From an uncultured Alphaproteobacteria bacterium (lineage in GTDB: Bacteria > Pseudomonadota > Alphaproteobacteria > ATCC43930 > CGMCC-115725): a stretch of DNA of 64,000 nt. How positions within the stretch are numbered: the stretch's first letter is position 1; each line of letters starts with the position of its first letter. The notes under the pieces are model-generated. The model searched no databases. It worked only from the letters and a program-made list of their open reading frames with translations, and was not told where the DNA came from. Shown piece by piece: positions 60,655-64,000 of the stretch. Location: the NCBI GenBank assembly GCA_963804725.1, contig CAWDRN010000016.1, positions 108,844 to 172,843 of the forward strand, read 5' to 3'. The position numbers and the translations under genes were made by a program.

Positions 60655-62058
60655 GTGGAAATAAGAAATCCGCGTGGGAGCCGACGGAGCTCCCCGTCCC
60701 TGCTTATCGGCACGCTCGCGTTTCTGGCGGCAGCGTCCACGGCAGTCGCGAGCCTCGGCACGCCTTTGCTCCCGATGGTCGAGCAGATCTATCGCGTGCC
60801 TCTATCGGCATCGCAATGGGCACTCACCGTCACGCTTTTGGTCGGCGCCGTTTCTACTCCCGTGATGGGACGTCTTGGAGACGGGAGGCGGCGCCGCCTG
60901 ACAATCCTCGTGACCGTGGCGGTGATGATGGCCGGCTGTATACTTTCCGCGCTGCCGACCGGCTTCGCTGGTTTCCTGATTGGGCGAGCCTTTCAGGGGG
61001 TTGGGCTCGGGCTTGTTCCGCTGGCCACTGCGGTTGCCAGAGACGCTGTGGGCGGAGAGCGCTCGAGGTCGACGATTGCATTGATCGGAATCACGACCGC
61101 CGCGGGCGTCGGCGTGGGCTACCCCCTCGTTGGGTTGCTCGCGCAATATGCCGGGCTTTCGGCACCGTTCTGGCTCGTCGCAGCGCTTAGCGCCTTTACG
61201 CTCGTCGCAGCCGTGAGGATTCTGCCAGAAAGCCCAGACCGGCCCGCCGGGGTTGACGCGTCGGGTGCCGCCTTGCTTGCTCTGGGCATCGCGGGGCTTC
61301 TCCTCGTCCTCGCCCAAGGTCAGACCTGGGGCTGGGGATCAGGAAAAACTGTTGCCATCGCGACGGGCTCGGCGGTTTTGCTGGCGGCCTGGACGGGTTG
61401 GGAGTTGCGGACCAGTTCTCCGCTAATCGACCTTCGCTTGGCGCGGCGAGGGCCGGTCCTGGCCGCCAACGTGACCGCGTTTTTCGTCTCCATCGGGTTT
61501 TATCCGCTGCTGTCTCTCGTGGTCCGCTTCGTCCAGACGCCGGCAGCGGTCGGCTACGGGTTCGGCGCTCCAGTGGTCGTTGCGGGCCTGATGCTGACGC
61601 CGTTTTCTCTTGCCAGCTTCGCAGCGAGCAAGATCGCCGCGCCGGCGGCGCGGCGCACTTCGATGGAGTGGGTAGTCGCCGCCAGTTGCATCTTGTTGAT
61701 AGCTTCCGCGTTGTGGTTCCTCTTCGCGCGCGACAGCTACTGGGACATCGTCGCTTCCATGGCGCTCAATGGATTGGGCGTCGGATGCGTATTCGCCGTG
61801 AATCCACTGCAGATTGCCGATGGCGTTCCGGCGCACGAAACCGGTAGCGCTATGAGCTTCTATCAGCTAGTCCGCACCGTCGCCTACTCATTCGGAAGCG
61901 CGCTAAGCGCCACCGTACTGGTGCTCTATATTCCACCCGCCGGCTGGTTCCCGACGACGACCGGTTATAGTGCTGGGGCAGCCGTGTGCACCGGTCTGCT
62001 CGTTATCGCGCTCGTCGTCAGCGCGACATTCGCCGTACGGCATAGCCGGACCGCTTGA
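60655..62058 (+). CDS. MFS transporter (14-TMS drug:H+ antiporter-like)
   Basis: 467 aa, GRLGDGRRRR motif, and many transmembrane segments. Confidence 0.8.
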   Translation: MEIRNPRGSRRSSPSLLIGTLAFLAAASTAVASLGTPLLPMVEQIYRVPLSASQWALTVTLLVGAVSTPVMGRLGDGRRRRLTILVTVAVMMAGCILSALPTGFAGFLIGRAFQGVGLGLVPLATAVARDAVGGERSRSTIALIGITTAAGVGVGYPLVGLLAQYAGLSAPFWLVAALSAFTLVAAVRILPESPDRPAGVDASGAALLALGIAGLLLVLAQGQTWGWGSGKTVAIATGSAVLLAAWTGWELRTSSPLIDLRLARRGPVLAANVTAFFVSIGFYPLLSLVVRFVQTPAAVGYGFGAPVVVAGLMLTPFSLASFAASKIAAPAARRTSMEWVVAASCILLIASALWFLFARDSYWDIVASMALNGLGVGCVFAVNPLQIADGVPAHETGSAMSFYQLVRTVAYSFGSALSATVLVLYIPPAGWFPTTTGYSAGAAVCTGLLVIALVVSATFAVRHSRTA

Positions 62059-62591
62059 TGTCACGAAGGCGACCGACGCTATTGTTGGACTACGACGGGA
62101 CATTGCTCCCGAGTGCCGATAACGCGACCATGGAGCCGAAGGAACAGCGGTCCTGCCAAAAGAGGGAGCGCGTAGCGGCGGTAACAGCAGCAGATGGACG
62201 GCCACCGGCTCTTTGGTTGTCACGGTTTCCGCCATTCTTTCTCGCAGCGGCGCTGTGGGCGCCGTTGACCTGGCCATATGGATCATCCTCTTTGTAGCAG
62301 GTAAAGGGCTGCCTAGTCGCTTCGACCCTCTGACTTGGCACATTCATGCGATGCTATCGGCTTCGTCCTCGCTGCAGCGGCGAGGTTCCTGCTGACTGCG
62401 GTCTCTAAACTGCGACCATCGACGGATAAAAGAATGTCACCACGCGCCGTCACAGCGCCGTTTCTGCCGTCGCTGGATGAAAGTGCGCCTGGCCAGGATC
62501 ACGGGCACCATGGGTGGCAGGTCTTGGACTACCAACTTTTCGAGTTCTTGGTTTCAGGCGATATTCAAGCCCCCGGATGGGAGGAACCCCA

Positions 62592-63494
62592 ATGCCGCGA
62601 AAAGAGATTATCGAACACTTTGAAAAATACGTTCACCCTTTTCGGGTCGCGAAGGGCAAAGGCTTTCAATTGAAAGAATTCGATCCGGCAGACACCTGCG
62701 GCCTAAAAATGGATAAGGGGGAGGCAGCAGGCCTCTTGCGAGATGGCTCCGACTGGCTCGCGATGGAGCAAGACATGCTCTACGCACAGGATCGTTGGTC
62801 GCTGCTCCTTATTTTTCAGGCAATGGACGCGGCGGGTAAAGATGGAACAATCAAGCACGTCATGTCGGGCGTGAATCCTCAGGGCTGCCAAGTCTATTCG
62901 TTCAAGCAGCCTTCCCTGGAAGAGCTGGCTCACGATTTCTTGTGGCGCTATGCCAATCGGGTGCCCGAACGAGGCCAGATTGGAATCTTCAATCGGTCCT
63001 ATTACGAAGAGGTCCGTGTTGTCCGCGTACACAAGGAATTGTTGGAACTCCAGAAGCTGCCCGCAGATCTCGTGACCAAACGCATCTGGGACGAGCGGCT
63101 GGCGGATATAGCGCATTTCGAGGAGTACCTGACACGTCAGGGAGTGGTGGTTATCAAGTTCTTCCTGAACCTTTCCCGCAAGGAACAAAGGAAGCGCTTC
63201 ATGGAACGCCTGGACAGGCCCGACAAGCATTGGAAGTTCTCCCCTTCGGACGTGCGCGAGCGCAGGTACTGGGACGATTACATGTATGCGTTCGAGGAGG
63301 CGATCAAGGCCACCGCCGCGCCTCACGCGCCTTGGTTCATAGTGCCCGCGGACAACAAGTGGTTCACCAGGCTAGTGGTTGCCGGCGCGATCGTCGAAGC
63401 GGTGGAGAATCTTGACCTCCACTATCCCAGCGTCAACGCCGAGACGAAGAAGGAACTGGCGGCTGCCCGTGCCGAACTTGCCGCCGAGACCTGA
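62592..63494 (+). CDS. ppk2: polyphosphate kinase 2 family protein
   Basis: LLIFQAMDAAGKDGTIKHV (Walker A-like), FNRSYYEEV, and WFIVPADNKW. GGGAGG precedes the ATG at 62592. Confidence 0.85.
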   Translation: MPRKEIIEHFEKYVHPFRVAKGKGFQLKEFDPADTCGLKMDKGEAAGLLRDGSDWLAMEQDMLYAQDRWSLLLIFQAMDAAGKDGTIKHVMSGVNPQGCQVYSFKQPSLEELAHDFLWRYANRVPERGQIGIFNRSYYEEVRVVRVHKELLELQKLPADLVTKRIWDERLADIAHFEEYLTRQGVVVIKFFLNLSRKEQRKRFMERLDRPDKHWKFSPSDVRERRYWDDYMYAFEEAIKATAAPHAPWFIVPADNKWFTRLVVAGAIVEAVENLDLHYPSVNAETKKELAAARAELAAET

Positions 63495-63931
63495 CCGCCG
63501 TTTTTTTCGGAGAAGGACAGTTCTGCCACGCGTTCGAGCAGGACTACGGTTGTGCTAAATCCCAAATAGGGGACAAGCACTACAGGGGAAACGCCCATGT
63601 CGACGACGATTACGAATTCTAGGCGGCGTAGGCTGTTCTTCTCGGCACGGCGACCGACGGCCTCAAAGGGCTAGCCGCCTGCTCACTTCGCACATTCTCG
63701 GCAAGGCGGCGGCGACGCTTGTCCGGCGCCTTCCGGGGCGCCGTCGTCACCCTCCTCGTGCAATCGTTGAGTGCCACAACCATGACCTTGCCGTTGCGGC
63801 CGCCACACGGGCCGCCAATCCTCAAAGTTTCCTCCGAACAACAGGCGGAACAGGCCGCCGAATTATGACATCGGGTGATGCATAGGTCTTGTGTTCCAAA
63901 TGTGCCGCTCGGCGCAGCGAAAGAGGACGTG

Positions 63932-64000
63932 ATGGACGTAACTGCTCTCACCCTGACCGAGGCAGCAAGCGCGATCCGCGACGGCGACGTCACGGCGGAG
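63932..64000 (+). CDS. amidase-family protein, N-terminal 23 codons only (runs off the window)
   Basis: MDVTALTLTEAASAIRDGDVTAE resembles amidase N-termini. AAGAGG RBS. Confidence 0.4.
   Translation, partial: MDVTALTLTEAASAIRDGDVTAE

Overview
GC-rich bacterial chromosomal segment whose gene content looks like Alphaproteobacteria/Rhizobiales; that assignment is an inference from gene content and IS types. I saw no rRNA gene, tRNA gene or CRISPR array by eye.

Layout:
- 1-10.3 kb: central carbon metabolism. Class I aldolase, pgi, tal, a HAD hydrolase, zwf, tkt and a GH15 glucoamylase.
- 10.9-14.3 kb: two tandem DUF899 genes and ohrR-ohr.
- 14.55-21.0 kb: an IS21-family element with a 7-bp target duplication. 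Its istA is split by a nested 3.3-kb element that encodes a large serine recombinase.
- 21-23 kb: decayed genes and an ArsR-SRPBCC pair.
- 23.07-40.02 kb: an accessory region bracketed by about 1-kb inverted repeats. It holds the most interesting object in the window, a 6.2-kb divergent module (27867-34107) that encodes a Cas1-family integrase and a family-B DNA polymerase, together with an SSB-like protein, two HTH proteins and two unknown ORFs. There is no Cas2 and no CRISPR array, so the architecture is that of a casposon-like self-synthesizing element. The module sits between inverted copies of a structured, cobalamin-riboswitch-like RNA element and next to a copper-homeostasis cluster (SCO1, DUF2946, OMP, CopC, CopD, PCuAC).
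- 40-64 kb: regulators, transporters, a P450, PPK2, an IS1182-family insertion and many gene remnants.

More than 20 reading frames are broken by single-nucleotide frame changes, in-frame TAG codons, a 16-bp tandem duplication or deletions. From the sequence alone I cannot separate genuine gene decay from assembly indel errors.
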